63,666 nucleotides of DNA, taken from the IMG/VR virus record IMGVR_UViG_3300044814_000016, positions 1 through 63,666 of that record; one strand, 5' to 3'. The first letter of the stretch is position 1. Each line of letters starts with the position of its first letter. Below the pieces are notes generated by a model. That model did no database searches. It was not told the DNA's origin and saw nothing but the letters and a program-made list of their open reading frames with translations. Below are positions 18,111 through 27,551 of the stretch, piece by piece. This DNA comes from a virus (lineage: Duplodnaviria > Caudoviricetes). The position numbers and the translations under genes are program-made.

Positions 18111-20335
18111 TCACCACCCCACACCGCGATGACCGTGCCACGGCAGCGGAGCCCGCCTTCGCAGTCAACGAAACCCCCGGACGGGTACGCGTCCTCAGCA
18201 TCCGACAGGCTCTCGAACGCCTCACCGTCGATGTCCGCGCACGGCTCGCACGTGTTGTCGTCGTTGATCTCCGTTGCCGTGTACACCGCTGTGCCCGCGC
18301 TCTCGGGGGCAGCCTCCAGCACCGCGACCCTCCCCGTGTTCTGCGCAGCGGTCAGCGCAGCCCCGAGCTGATCCTTCAGGGAGACATCCGACAGGTCAGT
18401 GAGGAAGCTGTCGATCATGTCGCCTGCCTCGTCCGCGTCCTCGTCGCCCTCGTCGTCCGCAGCCCGGACCCGGCGTGTCGCCTTGACCGTCTGCATCGCC
18501 TTAGACCCGGCCTGCTGCGACAGCCACGCCGCGTGGAGCGCGGCGCGAGCCTGCGCGACCCGGCTTAGCTTCACCGCTGGCAGCTTCACCTTGCCCGCGT
18601 CGATCACGACACCCTGACGGTCCGCCTCGGCGATCATCATGTTGACTGCGGACTGGCTCAGCGTGTCCATCGCCTGCTGGATCAGCAGCGCACCAGGGGC
18701 CGGGTCGGCCTTGAGCTGCGCGAGCTTGTCAGGGCGCCCGGACTTCACTGCGGCGATCACCTGGTCAACGAGGTCGTTCCGCTGAGTGCGTAGCACCGCC
18801 CGGTAGTCGCTCATGAGCTTGCCGAGCGCGTTCGCGTGCTGGTGCTTCATCATCAGCGGGTCGAACCCGGATGCTGCCTCGACGGCGGTCATCGGGCGGC
18901 GCAGCCCGGCGGTGGCGCGTATCGCCCGGCGGCGCGCGGCGGGTGTCTGCGTCTTCTGGGTCTTGCCGGGTGCTGGCTTCGGCGGGGCGGGCAGCGGAGC
19001 CGGTGCGGGCAGGTCCGGGTTGTCCGGGTCCTGCACAGGCCCGGCCGGGGCACCAGGCGACGGGATGCCGCGTGTCGTCGGTTCCCACTCAGTGACGCGC
19101 AGCGGGATGCGCCATGTCTTCCTGATCCACTCGTCAAGCGCCGGGTCAGGCGACATCGCCCCGGTCTGCGTGAGCCGGTACAGCGCCTCAGCGGTGATCT
19201 CGTAGTTCTCGCCCACGTCGGTGCACACCAGGCGCGGGGCAGGCTCGTCCTCGCCGTAGTTGACGTCAACGATGTTCGTCACGATGCCGGGCATCGAACC
19301 GGGGTGACCGGAGGTGGCCGTCGTCGCGATCTCGTCAGCGAACCCCTGCAAGGCGAGCAGGAACAGGTCGAGGAACGTCTCACCGAGCGCCCGGTTCCCC
19401 GTGTCGGTCGTCCCGAGTTCGATGAGCTGCGCGAGGGCCATCTTCGCCATCGACTGGTCGAGGTACTTGATGAACCCGAGCGCGTCAGGCACCGAGCCGG
19501 TCATGCCGGCCAGGGCGAACTTGAACCCGTTCGGCAGGCCCACCCCGGTCTGGTCGCCGGCCCGGAACCCGGACGCGAGGTCGTTCGCCGACTGCACCTG
19601 CGCCGTCGTCCCACCGGCTGGTGCCTCAACAGTCGGGATACCCATCCCGAAGCGGCGGATCGACGTGGCGTGCACCCGCCATGTCTCGTGCTTCAGCAGC
19701 CACGCGCCGAAGCACGGGCGCAGCAGCGAGATCCCCGCCCAGTTCGCGCCCTCCTGGTTGTTCACGTACCAGAGCAGCCGGTTCGCCGGGATCGGCTCCG
19801 CCTGCGTTGTCTGCACGATCTCCTTGATGGAGGAGTCCTGGTTCAGGCGGATCTGCGCGAGCGTCCACGGCATCCGCGCCCCGAGGTTGTCGAGGTGGAA
19901 CAGCTTGTCGCCGTCGTCGTAGCGGTAGCGGAACTCGAACGGCATGTGCCCGTAGACGAGGTGATACAGCAGCTCCCGCAGGTGCCGGTGCCAGATCACC
20001 CCGCGCCGCCGCGCCGGACCCGGCCCCTTGTCATCCATCCCGAGGATGCCGATACCCATGTCGTCCGCTACGTGCTGCACAACCTTGTCCTTGCAGCCGT
20101 CCGGGTCAAGGACCCAGTTCGCGCGCATCATCGGCCCGAAGAAAGCCGAGAGCACCGCGCGTAGCTGCGGGTCGTGCCGCATGCGCCCGTAGGTGATCAC
20201 GGACTGCGGCCAGATGAGGTCGGCGGTGGTTTCCCACCAGTCGGTGAGGAGGCCCTGGCCCCACGTCCCCCAGTAGAGGTCAGTTGAGCCGATGTCCTGC
20301 GTCGGCGGCACCGGGCGGCTAGACGGGGCCATCAA
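18107..20335 (-). CDS. Portal protein (Mu gp29/DUF935-like) fused to MuF-like head morphogenesis domain
   Basis: GISLLRPCFGAWLLK...RRFGMGIP portal motif; C-terminal DDNTCEPC...CEGGLRCRG. Confidence 0.85.
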   Translation of the reverse strand: MMAPSSRPVPPTQDIGSTDLYWGTWGQGLLTDWWETTADLIWPQSVITYGRMRHDPQLRAVLSAFFGPMMRANWVLDPDGCKDKVVQHVADDMGIGILGMDDKGPGPARRRGVIWHRHLRELLYHLVYGHMPFEFRYRYDDGDKLFHLDNLGARMPWTLAQIRLNQDSSIKEIVQTTQAEPIPANRLLWYVNNQEGANWAGISLLRPCFGAWLLKHETWRVHATSIRRFGMGIPTVEAPAGGTTAQVQSANDLASGFRAGDQTGVGLPNGFKFALAGMTGSVPDALGFIKYLDQSMAKMALAQLIELGTTDTGNRALGETFLDLFLLALQGFADEIATTATSGHPGSMPGIVTNIVDVNYGEDEPAPRLVCTDVGENYEITAEALYRLTQTGAMSPDPALDEWIRKTWRIPLRVTEWEPTTRGIPSPGAPAGPVQDPDNPDLPAPAPLPAPPKPAPGKTQKTQTPAARRRAIRATAGLRRPMTAVEAASGFDPLMMKHQHANALGKLMSDYRAVLRTQRNDLVDQVIAAVKSGRPDKLAQLKADPAPGALLIQQAMDTLSQSAVNMMIAEADRQGVVIDAGKVKLPAVKLSRVAQARAALHAAWLSQQAGSKAMQTVKATRRVRAADDEGDEDADEAGDMIDSFLTDLSDVSLKDQLGAALTAAQNTGRVAVLEAAPESAGTAVYTATEINDDNTCEPCADIDGEAFESLSDAEDAYPSGGFVDCEGGLRCRGTVIAVWGGE

Positions 20336-20625
20336 TCCCGCCTAGCGGTCGGCGGGAGAACACGTGCGCTCGTGTCACTCCGGGCATCAACGGCCCTCCC
20401 CGCCTGGAAACCGGGGCACGGCTGACGCCGTGTCCAGTCAGGCAGGTGTGACTATCCGCGAGCGTAGCACGGTAATCGTCACGCTCGGCTATACGCGGCA
20501 CCGCGCGGCCACAGCATCCCAGGCGGGTCAGACCATCGGTCAGCAGTGGTTACCAGCGCCGCAGGAACTGGGGACTTCCCCAAGTGGAGCGCTGAAATCG
20601 AACAAGCGTTCCTTCTGCGTCGCCT
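20336..20625. ncRNA. Candidate structured RNA / head-operon regulatory leader
   Basis: 290 nt without a convincing ORF; nested stems 20399-20407/20519-20527, 20417-20422/20427-20432, 20459-20465/20481-20487 plus further hairpins. Confidence 0.3.
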
Positions 20626-21447
20626 CTACGTGAACGCGTGCAGGTACGTGACCTTAACCCAGCCGCTCGTCTGACCCCCGCTCCCGCACACGTTCCCGTT
20701 GCTGGCGCTCGCGCACGAGCCGGTGTCGAACACGATCCAGAACGGGTCATTCTGATTGCCGTGATTCAGCACGTTCGCACCACTGATGAACGCGACCTCA
20801 GTGCCGTCGTACCAGACCGCGACCGCACCGCACCCCGTCCCGCAGGTGCCGAACACGTAATCCACGTAGTGCACACCGGGGGCGATCGCCGTCAGCGTGT
20901 CGGTGTTAGACGGCGACGTGATCGGCCCGGCGTTCGGGTCACAGTGATTGACGCTGTTGCAGTTGCTCACCGCAGCGGGGCCGCTAGCGCCCATGTAGTG
21001 GTACGAGACGTAGTTGTGGCCGCTGCCGCCCTCGACCGCGTCGATCTCACCATCGGTGGGCCAGTTGCTCCCGTACCCCCAGAACGCGTCCCACTGCGTC
21101 CAGTTGCTGACCTCGATCTTCGCCTCGTACACGTACCCGTCAGCGGTGGGGTACGTGTGCGGTGACTCCAGGTCGTTGCAGTCCCCCGTCGCGCCGCTCG
21201 TGCTGAGCTGGACGTACGACGTGTGATTCGAGATCTCGCCCTGGTTCGGGCTGGTGCAGTTCCCCGGCGCGTTCGACCCTGGTCCCCAGTTGTACAGGTC
21301 AGTCGGCGTCCACGCCTTCGCGAACGGGTGACCGGCGAGCGCCGCCGGGTAGGGCACCGGGTTACTCGCGTGAGCGGTACCAGGTGAGAGCGCGACGCCG
21401 CACAGCAGCAGCACGCCGCCGAGCAGGCCGGCGATTCGCTTACGCAT
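20626..21447 (-). CDS. Secreted glycoside hydrolase, GH16-like
   Basis: Sec signal peptide ending AHA-S; W.AFW...WPTDGEIDAVEG catalytic motif; AVWYDG. Confidence 0.85.
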   Translation of the reverse strand: MRKRIAGLLGGVLLLCGVALSPGTAHASNPVPYPAALAGHPFAKAWTPTDLYNWGPGSNAPGNCTSPNQGEISNHTSYVQLSTSGATGDCNDLESPHTYPTADGYVYEAKIEVSNWTQWDAFWGYGSNWPTDGEIDAVEGGSGHNYVSYHYMGASGPAAVSNCNSVNHCDPNAGPITSPSNTDTLTAIAPGVHYVDYVFGTCGTGCGAVAVWYDGTEVAFISGANVLNHGNQNDPFWIVFDTGSCASASNGNVCGSGGQTSGWVKVTYLHAFT

Positions 21448-21455
21448 GATGCCTC

Positions 21456-23015
21456 CTAGAACGGGACGTTCATGATGTCGAGGTCAGTCTTGCCGTCACC
21501 CGTCGCACTGTGATGCGCGGCGGCGACGGAGCGCTCGAACGGCGTCACCGCAGTCCGGGTGATCCCCGTTGTCCTGCCCGGCGTCCACTCGTTGACGAGT
21601 ACCCGCGCCGCGTACGAGAACGTGTCCACCTGGTCATCATGAGCGCCCTGCGGGAAGATCGCCAGCTCGTCGCACCACTCGTCGAGCCATGGTGCCTCAG
21701 CAGGGAACCAGACCCGGCCCGCGTGTATCCGCCCCGCTGCGGGGATAGCCCGTGTCACCTTGTCGGTGTCAGCGATGACCTCAGCGATCGCGTACCCGGC
21801 TGCCTGCGCGTCCTTCACGAACGTCGAGCTGTAGAACACCTTCTCCACGTACGCCTGGTCGAACCGCCAGGTCGCCGCCAGCGGGGGCAGCAGCGCGAAG
21901 TGATCATGCATCTCAACCCTGGCCCGCGCCCGGTCGAGGAGGACGAGGAACCCTTCCGGTGTCACCGCCCACACCGCGATCACCGTGAAGTCAGCCGACG
22001 TCCTGGTGGACGCGGCGACGTCCACCGTCGCGAAGCGCCAGCAGTCATCAAGCGTCACCGGGGTACCCTCGCAGTCGATCCGCTGCCTGCCGTCGTTCCA
22101 CGCGGGCATCGGCCGCCAGTACCGGAACGACGCACGGCGGAAGAAGTTCCCCTCCGGTGCAGTCGGCGTCTGCTGGTACATCCCGGCGAACACGTACGGG
22201 CTCATGGTCGCCCGCCGGTTCAGGAAGTAACCCGGCTCCCTGCCCCGCACCGACGCAAGCTCCTCACCCGGTGCGCGCCCGATCTCGTCATCAGTTTCAG
22301 CGACCGCCGGGATGCGGAGCTGCCGCCACTTCAACGGCGACGGGCGCGAGAGGATACGCCCGGCGAGGTCATCCTCATGGAAGCGCGTCATGATCAGCAC
22401 GACACGGGTACGCGACCCGAACCGCGTCAGCGCGACGGACTCCCACCAGTCCCAGGTGGACTGCCGGATCGTCGCTGACTCTGCTGCGGCACGGTCCTTA
22501 ACCGGGTCGTCGATCACGAGGAGGCGCCCGACGCTGCGGCCGGTGAGCGGGCCGCCGACACCAGTGCAGTAGACACCGCCGCCCTCCTGCGTGTCCCACC
22601 TGCCCGCCGCAGACGAGTCCCGGCGAATGTGGACACGGAACGTATCCGGCGGGGCCACCGCGGCGTCCCACTTGATCTCACGCCCCCAGCGGATCGCCAT
22701 CTCGTCCTGGTACGACACGATCGCGACCTGCGCGTCCGGTTCACGGTCAAGCACCCACTCAGGCAGCCGCCTGGCGCACAGCGTTGACTTGCCTTCCTGC
22801 GCTGGCATCGACACGATCAGCGCGTTATACGGCGAGTCGTCAGCCATCAGCTCAGTGACCGCCTGGTTGATCGCGTTTAGGGCGGGGCTGCTCTTGGTGT
22901 CAGGGTCCATCGCCCGTGCCAGGTCAAGCGGTGTCTCGTACCGGACGGGCTGTACCTCGAACAGCCGTGCGGTGCGCTCACCGAGGGGAACCGTCAGGTC
23001 AGGGGGAGACGTCAC
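21456..23015 (-). CDS. terL: Terminase large subunit
   Basis: Walker A MPAQEGKS, Walker B LLVIDDPVKD, IMTRFHEDDLAG, nuclease HDDQVDT; start uncertain (GTG 23015 or 23051). Confidence 0.95.
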   Translation of the reverse strand: MTSPPDLTVPLGERTARLFEVQPVRYETPLDLARAMDPDTKSSPALNAINQAVTELMADDSPYNALIVSMPAQEGKSTLCARRLPEWVLDREPDAQVAIVSYQDEMAIRWGREIKWDAAVAPPDTFRVHIRRDSSAAGRWDTQEGGGVYCTGVGGPLTGRSVGRLLVIDDPVKDRAAAESATIRQSTWDWWESVALTRFGSRTRVVLIMTRFHEDDLAGRILSRPSPLKWRQLRIPAVAETDDEIGRAPGEELASVRGREPGYFLNRRATMSPYVFAGMYQQTPTAPEGNFFRRASFRYWRPMPAWNDGRQRIDCEGTPVTLDDCWRFATVDVAASTRTSADFTVIAVWAVTPEGFLVLLDRARARVEMHDHFALLPPLAATWRFDQAYVEKVFYSSTFVKDAQAAGYAIAEVIADTDKVTRAIPAAGRIHAGRVWFPAEAPWLDEWCDELAIFPQGAHDDQVDTFSYAARVLVNEWTPGRTTGITRTAVTPFERSVAAAHHSATGDGKTDLDIMNVPF

Positions 23016-23652
23016 CGATCGTGTCCGTCTTGACGTGCCCGACCCGCACACCGCAATGCAGCAGCACCGGCACCTCAGCCATCGCGCAGCGCAGGCAGAA
23101 ACTCATGTCCTCACCGAACAGCTCCTGATCGATGATCATCTCCGCCCACCAGAAACCCTCGTCACCGGGCTTCGCGCCGTTGATCCGCTTGAACGCGTTC
23201 CGGTGCATGAGCAGGCAGCCGGCCCCGACCGCCGCGACCTGGAGGACACCATCGCCCTTGACCAGCTCAGGGGTGAGTGCCCCGAACCGGAACCGGCCCT
23301 GGTCATCGTGCCCGGCACCGTACGCGATCGGGTGCTCCTCACCTTTCTCACGCGAGTAGTAGACACCGCTGACAACGGGCGTGTCCTCCGGGTCAGCGGC
23401 GGCCAGCAGCGCGGGAAGCGTCCTGATGCTGAACTCAATGTCGGTGTCCACCATCCACAGCCACTCCTGGTCGCCGTCGAGGAACATCCGCGTGATCGCG
23501 TTGCGCGCCTTCGACATGACCGGCCCGGTCCCGTAGGCGAGCACCCGCGCGACCGGGTTGTCCTTCACCTCGTTCTGGTTCACGACCGACATCATGAACT
23601 CGGTGCGCACCGAACCGGGGTGCGGGAACGCGAGCATCACACTGGGTGTCAC
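22999..23652 (-). CDS. GT-A fold glycosyltransferase, paralog A
   Basis: ARN..TRMFL...WLWMVDTD (DxD), GAGCLLMHR, GEDMSFC.R, VGHVK; GTGA overlap start. Confidence 0.85.
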   Translation of the reverse strand: MTPSVMLAFPHPGSVRTEFMMSVVNQNEVKDNPVARVLAYGTGPVMSKARNAITRMFLDGDQEWLWMVDTDIEFSIRTLPALLAAADPEDTPVVSGVYYSREKGEEHPIAYGAGHDDQGRFRFGALTPELVKGDGVLQVAAVGAGCLLMHRNAFKRINGAKPGDEGFWWAEMIIDQELFGEDMSFCLRCAMAEVPVLLHCGVRVGHVKTDTIGDVSP

Positions 23653-24293
23653 GTGACCTCCCCGAGCAGAACCGGCTTGACGTGCCCGACTTGGATGCCG
23701 GTGTGGACGTGCAACCGGATGTCGCACTGCTGCGCGCGGATGCAGAACGACAGGTCTTCACCGACCGGGTGCTCGTTCCACTCCATCTCGGTGAACCAGC
23801 GCGGGCCGTGCTTCGCCGCGATGTCCTCCAGTACGCTGCGGTGAATCAGCATGCACCCGGCACCGAGGCCCGCGACCCGGCGCAGGCGCCCGCCGTCTAG
23901 GTGCTCGGTGAGGGGAATGAAGCAGCCCTTGTCATCCGGGCCGGCCTCGTACGCGGCGGGACCCTGCTCGCCCTTGCGCAGCACGCGGTAGAGCGCTGAC
24001 ACGACCGGGCAGTACAGCGGGTCGGCGACGCCGAGCAGGCGCGGCAGCGTATCCGGGCGGAACACGATGTCAGTATCGATCGTCCACAGCCACTCGCACT
24101 CAGTCTCAAGGAACCGGGTCACGAGCTGGTTACGGGCGATCGCGATGAGCGGGCCTGCTGTGCTGTCGAGCATCCGCGTGATCAGCGGTGTCGCCTGCGG
24201 GCTCATGCACGCGTTGAACACGCTCGTCATGAACTCGGTTCGCACGGTGCCGCCGTGGATGAACCCGAGGAGCACCTGCCCGTCACCGCTCAT
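23649..24293 (-). CDS. GT-A fold glycosyltransferase, paralog B
   Basis: ARNQLV..FL...WLWTIDTD, GAGCMLIHR, GEDLSFC.R, VGHVK. Confidence 0.85.
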   Translation of the reverse strand: MSGDGQVLLGFIHGGTVRTEFMTSVFNACMSPQATPLITRMLDSTAGPLIAIARNQLVTRFLETECEWLWTIDTDIVFRPDTLPRLLGVADPLYCPVVSALYRVLRKGEQGPAAYEAGPDDKGCFIPLTEHLDGGRLRRVAGLGAGCMLIHRSVLEDIAAKHGPRWFTEMEWNEHPVGEDLSFCIRAQQCDIRLHVHTGIQVGHVKPVLLGEVT

Positions 24294-24523
24294 TGTCCCG
24301 CTTCCACGTAGTCGACGGCGATGATCTCGATCGGCGGCTGGTGCGTCTCCGTTGACTCTTCTGACACCGTGAACGGCAAGCTCAGGCAGCGGTACCAGAC
24401 GTGACGCACCTCGTGCGTAACCGGGTCGACCTGAATGTCGATCGTCGCTGACCCGTGGATGGTGCCGCGCTCGGCTAGCTCACCGCCGACGAACGTGTCG
24501 CCGTAGTGATGGAAGGGGGTCAT
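24290..24523 (-). CDS. Hypothetical protein
   Basis: 77 aa, ATGA overlaps both sides. Confidence 0.6.
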   Translation of the reverse strand: MTPFHHYGDTFVGGELAERGTIHGSATIDIQVDPVTHEVRHVWYRCLSLPFTVSEESTETHQPPIEIIAVDYVEAGQ

Positions 24524-24810
24524 GTGCGTACGTCTCCGATCCTGAGCCGCCCGGCTGCGACGCGGACGTCCTCAGACCCCGCGACGACTCGCGTGTAAAC
24601 CATGTACTCGCCGGGTGCGAACTGGTTCGCGGCGGGCTTGTAGGCGACCTCGCCGTTGAGCCACGCTGCGGTCAGGTACTGGCCGACCGTGGGTTCGCCG
24701 CTGCCGTCAGGGACGATCGCCATGTACGGCGGCGTGAACACGGTGAGGTCGGTGTACGGCCCGGACATCGGCACGCACACGTACTCACTCGACGACGCGA
24801 GCAGCAGCAC
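24520..24810 (-). CDS. Small beta-sandwich protein (BppU-N/Ig-like)
   Basis: PGEYMVYTRV...GRLRI ending typical of small Ig-like virion adaptors. Confidence 0.5.
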   Translation of the reverse strand: MLLLASSSEYVCVPMSGPYTDLTVFTPPYMAIVPDGSGEPTVGQYLTAAWLNGEVAYKPAANQFAPGEYMVYTRVVAGSEDVRVAAGRLRIGDVRT

Positions 24811-24813
24811 CCG

Positions 24814-24906
24814 CTACCACCAGCCCGCGATGTGCGTCAGCGCGAGCGTGATCACGATGATGCACGCGAGGGCGATGATCCCGGCCAGATCGAGGTTCAG
24901 CTTCAC
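24814..24906 (-). CDS. 30-aa membrane peptide
   Basis: MKLNLDLAGIIALACIIVITLALTHIAGWW*, GGGAGAG upstream, fills the intergenic gap. Confidence 0.5.
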   Translation of the reverse strand: MKLNLDLAGIIALACIIVITLALTHIAGWW

Positions 24907-24954
24907 GGCGCACTCTCCCTAACTCGTAGTGCACCGCACGGCCGTCACTGCCCG

Positions 24955-26928
24955 TCAGCCGTGCGGCGGGGATGCCCCCCACCGGCCGTGCGGTGTACCA
25001 GCACCATACCGCCCGTGCGGCTGACCTGTCGTGGCCCAGCGCCCGTGCCCGCTGCTGCCCGCCCACCGGCCATGCGGTGCCCCCGCCGACCACCTGCCGT
25101 GCGGTGCACCCGCCGTCACGCCCCGCAAGGCGATGAACGTCGCAGGCGGCGGCAGCAACGCGATCGCTGACCCGAGCACCGAGATCACCGCGGCCTGAGC
25201 CTTGAACGACACCGCCGTGACCGGCGTGACGGGGACCGTAGTCACCGCAGCCGCAGCCGGGGCGACGCCGACAGCCGCGTGCGGTGCGGTCACCGCCGTG
25301 GCGATCGCTGCCGCCTGCGCGGCGATGAGCTGCCCGGCGGTGACGGTCGCACCGGGAGCCACGGCAGTGACCGAGGCGGCGAGCGCAGTGAACTGCACCT
25401 GCACCTGCGCTGGCACCGCCGCCGTGCTGATCGCGGCGGCCTGAGCGGGTGCGAACGTCGGACTGGACGTGACGACGCTCGCACCGGGGTCGGCGGCGCT
25501 GATCAGGGCTGCGCTGCTGTTGACGGTGACCGCGATGCTCGGGCTGGTCACAGCGGCGGCACCTGCCGCCGATGCAGCGTTCACCGTCACTCGCGCGAGC
25601 GCTGCCGTGGCGCTCCCCAGCACCTGCGCCGCGCTCGCGTTCACGAGCACCGTGACGAGCGGCCCGGTGACGGCGGCAAGTACGGCCGCACTTCCGGCGG
25701 GGATGATCACGCTGACCTGAGCGGGCATGCCCTGCACGGCTACGGCAGCGACACCAGCGGGTGCGTTAGTAACCGAAGCTGTTGACACGGTCGCGCCTGG
25801 TGCTGCCGCCAGGATCGAGGCTGCCGCCGCCAGGATGGTCACCTGCGTCACCGCAGGTACCGAGGCGACGCTGACGGCAGCCGGAGCGGCGGCGACGCTC
25901 GCCGCTGTGAGCAGCGCCGGTCCCGTCGAGGCGACGGCGACGGCAGCGGGTACGGCGAGAGCGCTGACAGCAGTCGTCACTGTCGCGCCGCTGACCGCTG
26001 TCAGCACCTGCGCGGGTGCGGCGGGGATGGTCACCGCTGCGCTCGTGATCACGCTGGCGCTGCTGACAGCGGCGGGCTGCGCGTTGACCGTGACCGCAAC
26101 CGACGCGTTCGCAGCGGCTACATCCGCCTCAACAGGGCCGGCAGGCGCGTTAACCGGGGTGACCGCGCTGGCCTGCGGGAGACCGTACGACTGCCCGTAA
26201 CGGCGGAACGCCATCGGGGACTGGCGACCAGGCGGGATCAACTGCTCCGAGTCGGTCGGCTCATTGCCGCCAGCAGCGGGGACAGTGGCGGTGTAGATCG
26301 TGACGTTAGCGGCGGTGAACGCTGACACGGTGCTGACGCGCTTCGTCCAGGTCAGCGCCCCGCCCGTGTTGCTGATGGTAAAGTTCGCCGCTGATGTTCC
26401 GACGTTGCCGTCCTCGCAGTAGACGGCAACGAGGACACTGCCCGCTGGTGGGGTAAACGCCGCTGTCGTCGCAGAAGCGGGGGTATTCACCGCCCCGGTG
26501 GTGCCGACCGCAGCCGGGGTAGAACCGTCGAGGACCGGGGTGCTGCCGCCTACGGACTCGATCTCGTACGCCGCAAGGCAGTTGCTGCCTACTGTTCCGC
26601 CAGCAGTCGCGCCGACCGTAACAGGTGTCCCGCTAGTCACGGTGCCGGAGTAGTGACCCTGCCAGCCTTCCCAGCCGTTAGTCCCGTCAGTATCGGTGTT
26701 ATACGCGGTGTTGTTCGCCGCGAGCGTGTACGCCGTGTTGATGGCACCATTCGCCATCCCCGCGATGATCAGCGAGTTAGTGGCGTTAGGGGTGAAGCTC
26801 AGGCTGTAGACGCCGTTGTTCTGGGCGCTGTTACCGCCTGCCTCAACGGCGGCGGTGAGGACCGCGACGTACAGGCTTGAACCGTCAGCGGTACCAACCG
26901 TGTCGGTGCAGGTGACGGTGTAAGCCAC
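24955..26928 (-). CDS. Fibre-like Ala/Val/Thr-rich repeat protein with C-terminal PHGRW repeats
   Basis: N-terminal beta domain, long uncharged repeat shaft, 5-6 copies of xPHGR(W/Y); GGAGG RBS. Confidence 0.75.
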   Translation of the reverse strand: MAYTVTCTDTVGTADGSSLYVAVLTAAVEAGGNSAQNNGVYSLSFTPNATNSLIIAGMANGAINTAYTLAANNTAYNTDTDGTNGWEGWQGHYSGTVTSGTPVTVGATAGGTVGSNCLAAYEIESVGGSTPVLDGSTPAAVGTTGAVNTPASATTAAFTPPAGSVLVAVYCEDGNVGTSAANFTISNTGGALTWTKRVSTVSAFTAANVTIYTATVPAAGGNEPTDSEQLIPPGRQSPMAFRRYGQSYGLPQASAVTPVNAPAGPVEADVAAANASVAVTVNAQPAAVSSASVITSAAVTIPAAPAQVLTAVSGATVTTAVSALAVPAAVAVASTGPALLTAASVAAAPAAVSVASVPAVTQVTILAAAASILAAAPGATVSTASVTNAPAGVAAVAVQGMPAQVSVIIPAGSAAVLAAVTGPLVTVLVNASAAQVLGSATAALARVTVNAASAAGAAAVTSPSIAVTVNSSAALISAADPGASVVTSSPTFAPAQAAAISTAAVPAQVQVQFTALAASVTAVAPGATVTAGQLIAAQAAAIATAVTAPHAAVGVAPAAAAVTTVPVTPVTAVSFKAQAAVISVLGSAIALLPPPATFIALRGVTAGAPHGRWSAGAPHGRWAGSSGHGRWATTGQPHGRYGAGTPHGRWGASPPHG

Positions 26929-26957
26929 GGCTCACCTCCCTCCAGGCGAGGGGGAGG

Positions 26958-27542
26958 CTAGCTAAGCTGCTCGACGGTGAAACGGTTGCACTGGAAGCTG
27001 CCGAACGCGGCGGACAGCGTCGCGCGCAGCCCGATCGCGGTCGGTGTCGTGTACGTGTTGAACGCCGTGACGAGCCACGGCAGGGGAGCAGACACGGTGT
27101 TCGCCGTGATCAGCGCCGGGGTCACCGTGTCCTGCATGATCAGCATCCCGTCAGCCACGAGGGTGTTACCCGTCGAGCCGAGCGCAGTGCACACGACGTC
27201 GCACTCAAGCCGCCATGCGAGCGTCGTCAGGGTCGTCGCACCGAGGACGATCGCCGCTGTCGTGCACAACGGCGTCGCGAGCGTACCGGACACGCCGATC
27301 GACGGGATCACCGTCAGGCTCGTCGTCGTGCCACCGGATGCCATGACACCGCGTGCCCTGATCCGCAGATGCATGTTCGGGTACCACTGCAACCCGTTCG
27401 GCTGGCCGGGGAGGACGAAGTCCTGCGCGGTCGGTGCCTGCGGGCTGACCGTCGCTGTCGTCGCCGTGCTCAGCGCTACACCCTGCGCCGTCTGCCACGG
27501 TGCCCCGCTGTTGAGCAGTACCGCCCATTCCTGCTTTGGCAT
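26958..27542 (-). CDS. Beta-rich putative structural protein
   Basis: 194 aa; resembles C-terminal domain of 953..1666. Confidence 0.7.
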   Translation of the reverse strand: MPKQEWAVLLNSGAPWQTAQGVALSTATTATVSPQAPTAQDFVLPGQPNGLQWYPNMHLRIRARGVMASGGTTTSLTVIPSIGVSGTLATPLCTTAAIVLGATTLTTLAWRLECDVVCTALGSTGNTLVADGMLIMQDTVTPALITANTVSAPLPWLVTAFNTYTTPTAIGLRATLSAAFGSFQCNRFTVEQLS

Positions 27543-27551
27543 GTCAGCGCC

